The position numbers and the translations under genes are program-made. This document shows positions 19,586 to 27,897 of a stretch of 64,000 nucleotides of DNA, one piece after another. How positions within the stretch are numbered: position 1 is the stretch's first letter; every line of letters starts with the position of its first letter. Under the pieces are notes generated by a model that was not told the DNA's origin, did no database searches, and saw only the letters and a list, made by a program, of their open reading frames with translations. The stretch spans positions 103,493 through 167,492 of the forward strand of contig JAJEHX010000038.1 of the NCBI GenBank assembly GCA_022823465.1, in the 5' to 3' direction. This DNA comes from Candidatus Latescibacterota bacterium. Its GTDB lineage: Bacteria; JAAXHH01.

Positions 19586-20039
19586 TTTCTCATCCTCGCT
19601 TTCATCGCCGATCCATTTGAATTTATTGATACGTTTCGTACTAAATCGATTACGTTGGTCTGCCGTGATCCCTCGACAGCACGTTCACTTCCGGATCCCC
19701 AATCCCGTTTTCCCGTGCAGTTTTTGTCCATTTCACCTGTTTTTTCTTCTCTGTCGGTCTACTCGAAATCAATGATACGTTTCGTACTAAATCGATTACG
19801 TTGATGCCGCGTGGTACTTTCGCAGGCACGTTCATTTCCAGATGTTCAATCCCGTTTTCTCATGCCATTTGTTCGGTTCGCTTCGTTCAGTCTGCCTTGC
19901 TTTCTTTCAATGCTGCCTCCTGGTGCGTAATATAATAGTACTAAACGTAATAAAACAAATAGAATTAATTTGTCACTCCAATTTTCCCGCAATCTCAAGT
20001 GAGTGATCGGCGGTTTAAGGGAGGTGCAGAATGGTCCTT
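19586..20039. promoter_or_regulatory. AT-rich (~40% GC) 454-bp intergenic region upstream of the enolase-superfamily gene. It contains a ~150-bp imperfect tandem duplication and three copies of a palindromic motif.
   Basis: The 31-bp motif TGATACGTTTCGTACTAAATCGATTACGTTG occurs at 19627-19657 and 19773-19803. An inverted half-site TAGTACTAAACGTA lies at 19936-19949, next to TATAAT at 19931-19936. Confidence 0.6.
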
Positions 20040-21266
20040 TCACCGCACCTTCCTGATGTCCCTTATGGCGCCGTAGGGCACCCCCGTTATCCCCACCATT
20101 TCCTCGGCCCGGCTCAACGTTTCCGCGACCTCGTCTTTCAGGTCGTCGGGATAATACACCTGTCCCTCCCGCACGGTCAGGTGTGGAGTGATCATCCGCT
20201 CGCCGGCTTCCTGCCGGCCGTGGGCGTCGGTAAAGATAAACCGGCCCTCTTCCAGGCCGAATACGGCGATATCGGCGACACTTCCGGTCCTGAGTGTGCC
20301 GATGTCGTTCGACCGGTTCAATACGCCTGCGGGACTGACGGTCGTCTGCCGGACGATCTCCTCGAGATCCAGCCCCATGTTCAGCAGCTTCGAAGCTGTT
20401 TCAGGAAGGCTGTACACCGGCGACTTCAGGCTGTATACGTGTAGGTCCGTACTGATCACGTCGGACAGAAACCCCAGTTCGACCGCCCGTTTCGCGATCC
20501 CGTAATGAAAGCTCCCGGCGCCGTGGCCCAGGTCGAAGAACACGCCGCGATCTCTGGCTTCATATACCTCCGGGATCACCCGGTCGTCGTCGCCGAGAAT
20601 ATGATCGCCCTTGCCCTGGTAGCAGTGGGTTACGATATCGCCCGGGCGAAGCAGTTCCAGAATACTCGGCAGGGCGACCCCTTTGTCGATATGCACCATG
20701 ACCCGGGTGTCTACCATCTCGGCGGCTTCGATGGCCCGCCTGAGCGGTTCCACGCCGTGGCTTCCCACCTGGAAGACGCCCTGCCGGACCTTCACGCCGA
20801 CGCAATGTTGCGGCCACATCGAAATGACCCGTGCCGTGTGCTCGGGATCGGCGTTCTTGATGTCCTCCATTTCACCGCGCATGGCGTTCAGGAGTCCGAT
20901 GCTGCTGATATGGACGAAGGTGAGCACTTCGGTGCGGGACGGTTCGATGATGTACTCGAGAAATCCGCGCAGGTTGGTCCATCCCGGGCTCCCGGCGTCT
21001 ACGATGGTCGTTACCCCGGTGGCCAGGCAGAGGGCGTCGGCCTTGATGCCGAAGGTCGTGGCGCCTGCGTAGACATGGGCGTGCAGGTCGATCCAGCCTG
21101 GAGTCAGGTACTTACCCGTTACGTCGATCGTCCTATGGGCCCCGGCTTCGAGATGATCGGAAATCTCGGCAATTCTGCCGTTTCTGATCGCGACGTCGCC
21201 TTTTTCGTTCTTCTGCTGGGACGGATCGACGATCGTCGCCCCCGACAGAACCAGGTCGAAAGCCAT
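20040..21266 (-). CDS. Amidohydrolase-superfamily protein (dihydroorotase/D-aminoacylase-like metal-dependent hydrolase)
   Basis: N-terminal DLHAHVY metal-binding HxH motif. TIM-barrel amidohydrolase length, with downstream His/Asp ligands. Confidence 0.75.
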   Translation of the reverse strand: MAFDLVLSGATIVDPSQQKNEKGDVAIRNGRIAEISDHLEAGAHRTIDVTGKYLTPGWIDLHAHVYAGATTFGIKADALCLATGVTTIVDAGSPGWTNLRGFLEYIIEPSRTEVLTFVHISSIGLLNAMRGEMEDIKNADPEHTARVISMWPQHCVGVKVRQGVFQVGSHGVEPLRRAIEAAEMVDTRVMVHIDKGVALPSILELLRPGDIVTHCYQGKGDHILGDDDRVIPEVYEARDRGVFFDLGHGAGSFHYGIAKRAVELGFLSDVISTDLHVYSLKSPVYSLPETASKLLNMGLDLEEIVRQTTVSPAGVLNRSNDIGTLRTGSVADIAVFGLEEGRFIFTDAHGRQEAGERMITPHLTVREGQVYYPDDLKDEVAETLSRAEEMVGITGVPYGAIRDIRKVR

Positions 21267-21453
21267 GGAAATCCTCCGAAATCGGTACTAATTGGACGCT
21301 TCGGCCTTGATGCTCTTCTCAGCGCGTGTTTATTGACATTTGCAGAGTATAACCATATCGTTTTCGCGTATCAATGGCCTTAACCGAGCATCATGGACTC
21401 TATCTGGTCCAGCCACCTCAAGACCTGGCCCAATCACCTCAAGGACTCGCGTC

Positions 21454-22287
21454 ATGGCGACCGGTTTGACCGAACACCAGATCAGCCAGTATCTTGAAGA
21501 CGGTTTCCTTCCCGTCGAAAGGCTCTTCGAGCCCGCTTCGCTTGATCCCCTGATCGCGGAATTGAACGAGGTCGTCGACGCATGGGCGGAGCGCTACTAC
21601 GCAGACGGCAAACTGGCAGACCGGTTCACGAACGAGCCATTTGAGCGCAGACTGTACCTGATTCACGAAGCGATGGACGGGCGTTGCAAAGAACTGCTGG
21701 AAGCCGTACTGGGCAAGCGGAAGACCGCCGGCATGTTTCACGTCATGACCCTGCCCGGGATTCTCGACGTCGTCGAATCCCTCATTGGTCCGGAGATCCT
21801 CGTCCATCCCCAGTTCAATTCCCGGGCCAAACTGCCAGACAAGACTTCCATCGTGGACTGGCACCAGGACATCGGTTTTCTGGACCCGGACGTGATGCAG
21901 ACCTTCATGGTGAATTTCTGGCTGCCGCTGGTAGATACAGACGAGTACAACGGCTGCCTGGAAGTGATTCGCGGCAGTCACCGCAGCGATCGCCTGCCCT
22001 TCGAGGATTCACCCGAGAATATCGATCCGGCAGCCCTGCCCGCCGGCGAGCGGGTATCCTGCCCCATTCCCAGGGGCGGCGTGCTCCTGCTGCAGCACAC
22101 CACGGTACACCGATCCGCGCCAAATTTCTCGGATCATATACGGTGGAGCCTGGATATCCGGTACAGCGACTGGCGAAAGCCCACGGGCAGGGACGACGTC
22201 CCGGGTTTTGTCGCCCGCAGCCGGTCGCATCCCGAGAAAGTCGCGGCCGGACACGAGGAATGGCAGCGGTTGTTCGAATTGGCGTGA
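21454..22287 (+). CDS. Phytanoyl-CoA dioxygenase (PhyH) family oxygenase (second paralog). Start at MATGLTEHQ.
   Basis: WHQDIGF (HxD) ... HTTVHRSAPN motifs. Confidence 0.7.
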   Translation: MATGLTEHQISQYLEDGFLPVERLFEPASLDPLIAELNEVVDAWAERYYADGKLADRFTNEPFERRLYLIHEAMDGRCKELLEAVLGKRKTAGMFHVMTLPGILDVVESLIGPEILVHPQFNSRAKLPDKTSIVDWHQDIGFLDPDVMQTFMVNFWLPLVDTDEYNGCLEVIRGSHRSDRLPFEDSPENIDPAALPAGERVSCPIPRGGVLLLQHTTVHRSAPNFSDHIRWSLDIRYSDWRKPTGRDDVPGFVARSRSHPEKVAAGHEEWQRLFELA

Positions 22288-22290
22288 TTC

Positions 22291-24054
22291 ATGGACAAAG
22301 ATACCGCGAACCATCAGTCAGGCGTTCGTTACGAAGCGGACGAAAGACCTCCGTTCCTCCTGGCCGTCGGCCTCGGACTCCAGTTCGCCCTGCTTACCGT
22401 TGGAGGCGTTTTCCTGAAGGTGGCCATCGTGAGCCGCGCCGGAGGCGCGTCGGAAGACTACCTGGCGTGGGCGGTGTTCGCTGCCGCGGTCATCACCGGA
22501 ATCACCACGATCATCCAGGTCCTGCGCGTCGGCCGTGTGGGAGCCGGCTACGTACTCCTGATGGGTACATCGGGCAGCTTCATCGCGATCTGCATCGGAG
22601 CGCTTCTAGAAGGTGGCCCCGCGCTGATGGCCACGCTCATCATCGTCTCATCGCTCTTCCAATTCCTGCTGTCCGCCCGCCTGTCCCTGTTTCGCAGAAT
22701 CCTGACGCCGGTCGTTACAGGCACGGTCATCATGCTGATTCCCGTCTCGATTATGCCCGTGGCATTCAACATGCTGGGGGATGTTCCCGACGGGCTCCCG
22801 GCGTCAGCCGCTCCGGTCACGGTGTTGACGACCCTGCTGGTCACCATCGTCATTGCATTGAAGTCCAGGTCATCGCTGCGGCTGTGGGCGCCCGTGATCG
22901 GCATGGTCGCGGGATCCATAGTAAGCGGGTTTTTCGGCCTGTACGACACGAGTAGCGTGGCCGCAGCTCCCTGGCTCGGGTTTCCGGAGGGTAGCTGGCC
23001 GGGTGTCGATCTCTCGTTCAGCCCCGCATTCTGGGTGTTGCTTCCCGCCTTCATGTTCGTAACGCTGGTGGATGCGGTGGATACGATCGGCGATTCGGTC
23101 GCGATCCAGCGCATATCGTGGCGCCGGCCCCGGGCGGTGGATTACCGGGCCGTGCAAGGCGCGCTCGCCGCGGACGGCACGGGCAATCTCCTTTCCGGAC
23201 TGTTGGGCACATTGCCCAACACCACCTATTCGTCGAGTATCGCGGTGACCGAATTGACCGGCGTAGCCTCCCGCATGGTCGGGCTGATCGTGGGGTTGCT
23301 CTATATTTCCATCGCGTTTGTTCCCAAGGTTCCCGCGGTGGTCCTCGCCATACCGAATCCCGTGGCCGGAAGTTTCCTGATCGTCCTGCTCGCCATACTA
23401 TTCCTCATCGGCATGAAACTGGTCGTTCAGGATGGGATCGACTATCGCAACGGGCTTGTCGCCGGAGTAGGTTTCTGGATTGGCGTGGGTTTTCAGAACG
23501 GCGCAATCTTTCCGACGCTGGTCGCCGACTTCGCCGGTGGCTTCCTGGCAAACGGAATGACGGCCGGAGGGCTGGCGGCGATGCTCATGACGTTGTTCAT
23601 GGAGTTGGCCGCTCCGCGCCGTTATCGCATGGAGACGGACTTCGAACTCACCGCGCTGCCGAAGATCCGGAAGTTCCTGGAAGTATTCGCCGCTCGACAG
23701 GGATGGGACGGGGCCATGGCAGACCGGCTCTTCGCCGCCAGCGAAGAAACGATGCTGACGCTGGATCCGGGACGGGTTGAGTCCGGCCAGGTCCGGAGGC
23801 TGCTTCTGGTGGCGTACCGGGAAGGCGCCGGCGCGGTCCTCGAACTGATCGTCGCTACGGGGGAAGGCAATCTACAGGACAGGATCGAGCTGCTCGGCGA
23901 TGAACGGGCCGTGGAGACCCCGGAAGAGCTGCAGGTCTCGCTGCGCCTCTTGAGGCACTTCGCGAGTTCGGTGCGACACCAGCAGTACCACGATACCGAT
24001 ATTATCACCCTCCGGGTAAATGTCGGGCCGGTCGATCCCGTTGGAACCCCTTGA
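22291..24054 (+). CDS. NCS2 (nucleobase:cation symporter-2 / xanthine-uracil permease)-like transporter with an additional ~150-aa C-terminal cytoplasmic domain
   Basis: NTTYSSSIAVTELTGVASRMVG... matches the UraA NTTYGENIG block, in a 14-TM-like core. It is followed by a soluble tail ending ...GEGNLQDRIELLGDERAVETPEE...HQQYHDTDIITL. Confidence 0.7.
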   Translation: MDKDTANHQSGVRYEADERPPFLLAVGLGLQFALLTVGGVFLKVAIVSRAGGASEDYLAWAVFAAAVITGITTIIQVLRVGRVGAGYVLLMGTSGSFIAICIGALLEGGPALMATLIIVSSLFQFLLSARLSLFRRILTPVVTGTVIMLIPVSIMPVAFNMLGDVPDGLPASAAPVTVLTTLLVTIVIALKSRSSLRLWAPVIGMVAGSIVSGFFGLYDTSSVAAAPWLGFPEGSWPGVDLSFSPAFWVLLPAFMFVTLVDAVDTIGDSVAIQRISWRRPRAVDYRAVQGALAADGTGNLLSGLLGTLPNTTYSSSIAVTELTGVASRMVGLIVGLLYISIAFVPKVPAVVLAIPNPVAGSFLIVLLAILFLIGMKLVVQDGIDYRNGLVAGVGFWIGVGFQNGAIFPTLVADFAGGFLANGMTAGGLAAMLMTLFMELAAPRRYRMETDFELTALPKIRKFLEVFAARQGWDGAMADRLFAASEETMLTLDPGRVESGQVRRLLLVAYREGAGAVLELIVATGEGNLQDRIELLGDERAVETPEELQVSLRLLRHFASSVRHQQYHDTDIITLRVNVGPVDPVGTP

Positions 24055-24149
24055 CCCGTAGCGTCGTTCCGTTATTTTGTTTTTTATGTTTTTTTCTGAA
24101 TAATCACTGCTGCCGGTCATTTCGATACTCAAATCTGCATGGCGAATCC

Positions 24150-25913
24150 ATGACCAGTAATGCGATGGCCAACCAATCCGGGGTCCGGTACGAGGCGGAC
24201 GAAAGACCGCCGATCCCGCTGACGATTGGTCTCGGCCTGCAGATCGCGCTGCTCACGGTGGGCGGGGTGGTGCTGACCGTCGCAATCGTGAGCCGTGCCG
24301 GCGGCGCCAGCGAATCCTACCTGACCTGGGGCGTTTTCGCCGCCGCGGCGATCTGTGGCATCACCACGGCCATCCAGGCGCTCCGCGTCGGCAGGATCGG
24401 CGCCGGCTACGTGCTCATGATGGGTACGTCCGGAAGTTTCATCGCGGTGTGCATTACGGCGCTCGTACAGGGCGGGCCGCCGTTGATGGCCACGCTCATC
24501 ATCATTTCCTCCCTGTTTCAGTTTCTGCTGTCGACGCGCCTGTCGCTGCTTCGCAGGATACTGACGCCCGTGGTGTCCGGTACGGTAATCATGTTGATTT
24601 CGGTTACCGTGATGCCCATCGCCTTCGATATGATCGGAGACGTGCCCGAAGGCGAACCCGTGTCCACGGGCCTGGTCATCGTGGCCGTCACCATGCTGGT
24701 CTCCATCGGCATCGCGTTGAAGGCGACCTCCTCGCTGCGCCTCTGGGCGCCCGTGATCGGGATTGCGGCCGGGTCCATCGTCAGCGCCTACTTCGGGTTT
24801 TACGATACCGCCCGGGTGGCGGCCGCCCCGTGGGTGGGTTTACCGGAAGGCACGTGGCCGGGGATCGATCTTGCATTCGGACCGGCATTCTGGGGGTTGC
24901 TGCCGGCCTTCATGTTCGTGACGCTGGTGGGCGCCGTGGAAACGATCGGTGACTCCGTGGCCATACAAAGGGTTTCCTGGCGCCGTCCCAGGGCGGTGGA
25001 CTACCGGGCCGTCCAGGGCGCGGTGGCGGCGGACGGCCTGGGCAACCTGCTTTCCGGTCTCCTGGGGACGGTACCCAATACGACCTATTCCACGAGCATC
25101 GCCGTGACCGAATTGACCGGCGTGGCGGCCCGAAGGGTGGGCGTCGTCGTAGGCGCGGCCTTCATCGCGGTCGCGTTCATTCCGAAGTTCCTCGCCGTGG
25201 TGCTGGCTATACCGAATCCCGTGGCAGGCGGATTCCTCATCGTACTGCTGTCACTGCTCTTCGTGATTGGGATGAAACTGGTCGTCCAGGATGGCATCGA
25301 CTACCGGAAGGGCCTGGTCGTAGGCGTGAGTTTCTGGATCGGCGTGGGATTTCAGAACGACGCCATTTTTCCCGAGCTTGTCTCGGGTTTCGCCGGAGGA
25401 CTCTTGCAGAACGGCATGACGGCCGGCGGCCTTACGGCCATGATCATGACGCTGTTCATGGAATTGACCTCTCCCCGGAGATACCGGCTCGAATCCGATC
25501 TGACCCCGGCGGCCTTACCCAAAATCAAGGTTTTTCTGGAGGACTTCGCGTCGCGAAACGGATGGGATTCCGCCATGTCCGACCGACTGGTGGCGGCGAG
25601 CGAGGAGACCTTGCTCTCACTGGGCCGCGATGCAGACGATGGCAGCGCGCGTAAACGCCTGCTTCTGGTCGCGCACCGGGAGGAAGGCGGCGCCGTTATC
25701 GAACTGGTGGCTGCCACGGGCGAGGGAAACCTGCAGGACCGGATCGAATTACTCGGCGACGAAAGGGCGGTGGAGACGCCGGAGGAGATGGAGGTTTCCC
25801 TTCGTCTCCTGAGACACTTCGCTTCGTCGGTGCACCATCAGCAGTACCACGATACCGATATAATCACGCTTAAGGTGGATGTTCGCCCGAACCACGCCGG
25901 TGAGTCGTCCTGA
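24150..25913 (+). CDS. NCS2-like transporter with C-terminal cytoplasmic domain, a tandem paralog of 22291-24054. Start at MTSNAMANQSGVRYEADERPP.
   Basis: Near-collinear identity with the upstream paralog across the TM core and the tail. Confidence 0.7.
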   Translation: MTSNAMANQSGVRYEADERPPIPLTIGLGLQIALLTVGGVVLTVAIVSRAGGASESYLTWGVFAAAAICGITTAIQALRVGRIGAGYVLMMGTSGSFIAVCITALVQGGPPLMATLIIISSLFQFLLSTRLSLLRRILTPVVSGTVIMLISVTVMPIAFDMIGDVPEGEPVSTGLVIVAVTMLVSIGIALKATSSLRLWAPVIGIAAGSIVSAYFGFYDTARVAAAPWVGLPEGTWPGIDLAFGPAFWGLLPAFMFVTLVGAVETIGDSVAIQRVSWRRPRAVDYRAVQGAVAADGLGNLLSGLLGTVPNTTYSTSIAVTELTGVAARRVGVVVGAAFIAVAFIPKFLAVVLAIPNPVAGGFLIVLLSLLFVIGMKLVVQDGIDYRKGLVVGVSFWIGVGFQNDAIFPELVSGFAGGLLQNGMTAGGLTAMIMTLFMELTSPRRYRLESDLTPAALPKIKVFLEDFASRNGWDSAMSDRLVAASEETLLSLGRDADDGSARKRLLLVAHREEGGAVIELVAATGEGNLQDRIELLGDERAVETPEEMEVSLRLLRHFASSVHHQQYHDTDIITLKVDVRPNHAGESS

Positions 25914-26000
25914 GCGTTCGTCCCGGCTGTGCGTACTACCCGGCAGCCGGCAACTCGTCCTGAGCGTTCGCCCCGGCTATGCGTACTACCCGGCAGCCGG
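25905..26000. repeat. Two tandem copies of a ~46-50 bp hairpin-containing element. They exactly fill the gap between the convergent NCS2 and PhyH genes and overlap both stop codons.
   Basis: Unit TCGTCCTGAGCGTTCG(T/C)CCCGGCT(G/A)TGCGTACTACCCGGCAGCCGG. It has a 7-bp stem CCGGCTG/CAGCCGG plus the palindrome CCGGCAGCCGG. Likely a bidirectional terminator / REP-like element. Confidence 0.55.
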
Positions 26001-26771
26001 TGCTTCAGCCCCAACCCCCGCCACGATCACTTCGGGCTTAGTGGACTTGAACGGGCTGTCCTTCGAAGACCGGCAGTGCGTCGAAGCGTAGTGGTACTGC
26101 AGTGCCCTTCGGCGCCGGTCGGTCGTATTCGGCGGCGTGTAGTGGTAGGTCTCGCCGTGAAACACTAGGGCGTCCCCTGATTTCATGACACAGGCTACCG
26201 CGTCATCCGCCGTGGGCGCTGAAGACAACCCGTAGTCGTCCGCCACGCCTCCGTGTTCCCCGATGCCTTCGCGGTGCGAGCCCGGAATGACGTGCATGCA
26301 TCCGTTCTCCACGTCGGCGTCGTCCAGCGCGATCCAGAACCCGAAGACGTCGTTCGGTTCCAGGCGGAAGTAGGCGTTGTCCTGGTGCCAGACCTTCTGT
26401 CCGCCGAACCTGGGCGGTTTCATCAGGAGCATGCTTTGAAACAGGGCGACGTCCGGCCCGAGCAGTTCGACGGCCATACCCACCATTTGAGGATGGTGGG
26501 CCAGGGACCGGAACAGTGCGTTGTGGCGGGTCATCCTGAAGAGTTTCCTCACGCCGAGTTCCACGCGTTCGGGCTTTACCGCTCCCCGCCGCACGGCGGG
26601 TTCGATCTGCACCAGTTCTTCCGGAACGTCCGGGTAACGGTCCACGATCGCGCTGATCTCGTTCCGTATGGACTCGACCTCACCGGCTGACAGGAACGCC
26701 TCCGCGATGAAGTAGCCGTCCCGGTCGAAGGCGGTTTTCTGTGCTGCGGACAACAGGGTCCCGGTGGCCAT
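25986..26771 (-). CDS. Phytanoyl-CoA dioxygenase (PhyH) family oxygenase (third paralog)
   Basis: WHQDNAYF (HxD) ... VFHGETYHYTPPN motifs. Confidence 0.7.
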   Translation of the reverse strand: MATGTLLSAAQKTAFDRDGYFIAEAFLSAGEVESIRNEISAIVDRYPDVPEELVQIEPAVRRGAVKPERVELGVRKLFRMTRHNALFRSLAHHPQMVGMAVELLGPDVALFQSMLLMKPPRFGGQKVWHQDNAYFRLEPNDVFGFWIALDDADVENGCMHVIPGSHREGIGEHGGVADDYGLSSAPTADDAVACVMKSGDALVFHGETYHYTPPNTTDRRRRALQYHYASTHCRSSKDSPFKSTKPEVIVAGVGAEAPAAG

Positions 26772-26774
26772 GTT

Positions 26775-27788
26775 TCAGTCCTTCCAGTTGAACACGACGC
26801 CCATCATGTTCTTTTCGCGCCGGAATATCATCTCGTAGGCTTCGTTGATCTGAGCATAGTGCATCCGGTGCGTGATGAGGCGCTTTGGTTCCAGCTTGCC
26901 TTCCCGCATCAGGTCCAGCGTGAAGCGGCACATGGCGTTCCAGTCCCTCCGGTCGCCTCGCTCGGAGGGAAACAGATAGCCGGACCGCCCGTTGACGGCG
27001 ATCAGGGAAATCCCTTTGAAATAGAACCATTCCATGTCCAGCGGGTTGAAGTCGAGGGGCGGTTCTCCCCGGCCGGGCAGGGCCACGATGCCGACCCGTC
27101 CGTTGTCGCGCACGATCTGGCACGAGGTGCGGAGGGCGGGCCAGGGATTGGCCGTGAGGATGACCAGGTCGACGCCCTCGCCGTGAGTGAAGTCGTCCAG
27201 CTTTGCGTCCAGGGCCGGATCGTTGTACATGAAAGTCGCGTCGGCACCCATACGCTCGGCCATTTCCATGCGCACCGGGCTATTCGCGATGCCGATCGTC
27301 CGGGCGCCGAGACAGGGTCCGAGCCCTACGGCGCCGAGGCCGAGTACGCCAAGGCCGACGACGGCCACGTTCTCGCCCGGCTGGAACTGCGACTTGTAGT
27401 AGCACATGGCGCTCAGCGTGTACAGGTGGCCGTAAACCGCATCTTCGTCGTGCACGCCGTCGGGGACTTTTACGAGTACCTCGTCGTCTCGGGCGATGAA
27501 CTCGGACTGGTGGGGGTACCGCGAAATGACCCGGTCGCCCACCGCATAGTCGGTTACCGCCGCTCCCACGCCCCGGACGACGCCGAGGTTGCTGTCGCCG
27601 ACCCAGCGCGGGAAATCGGGCGCTCCGGGGACCTGCTCGGCCCCCTCGTAATTCCCCCGGTCCGTGCCGATCTTGAGGGCGGATATGATCGTTTCGACCC
27701 AGAGGTCATGGGGACCCAGGTTATTCGTGTCCAGGGGATGGTCTTCGATGCGCAGGTCTCTTGGGCCGTACAGCACGGCGATTTTCAT
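26775..27788 (-). CDS. MDR-superfamily oxidoreductase, atypical (catalytic-Zn Cys replaced)
   Basis: GroES-like N-terminus and VVGLGVLGLGAVGLG Rossmann. Where Zn-ADHs have C-G-T/S-D, this protein has IGTD. Confidence 0.6.
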   Translation of the reverse strand: MKIAVLYGPRDLRIEDHPLDTNNLGPHDLWVETIISALKIGTDRGNYEGAEQVPGAPDFPRWVGDSNLGVVRGVGAAVTDYAVGDRVISRYPHQSEFIARDDEVLVKVPDGVHDEDAVYGHLYTLSAMCYYKSQFQPGENVAVVGLGVLGLGAVGLGPCLGARTIGIANSPVRMEMAERMGADATFMYNDPALDAKLDDFTHGEGVDLVILTANPWPALRTSCQIVRDNGRVGIVALPGRGEPPLDFNPLDMEWFYFKGISLIAVNGRSGYLFPSERGDRRDWNAMCRFTLDLMREGKLEPKRLITHRMHYAQINEAYEMIFRREKNMMGVVFNWKD

Positions 27789-27897
27789 GGATTCAGCTCC
27801 GATCCTGTGGTCGTGTCAGTGCTTGAAATCTCCTCATACGGCCGCGTCCGGGCGCATCGGCTCGTCGCCGAGATCGTGTCCCGTCGTTTCGTCCGGT

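Noticed and set aside
19512-20043. Small ORFs (60-87 aa) inside the AT-rich repeat region
   Set aside because: They lie in a duplicated non-coding-looking spacer. The ORFs are generated by the repeats themselves, with no RBS or codon bias. More likely regulatory DNA or small RNA.
22291-25913. Considered calling the two permeases SulP-family sulfate transporters with STAS domains
   Set aside because: The core carries the NCS2/UraA-type NTTY...G block. The tail shows no STAS-like pattern that I can see. Left as NCS2-like with a novel tail, to be tested.
25905-26000. Considered whether the tandem repeats here, or at 43033-43106 and 19627-19803, could be a CRISPR array
   Set aside because: Only two copies each, directly abutting or with non-spacer-like unique sequence, and no cas genes. 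They are tandem duplications or hairpin elements, not CRISPR.
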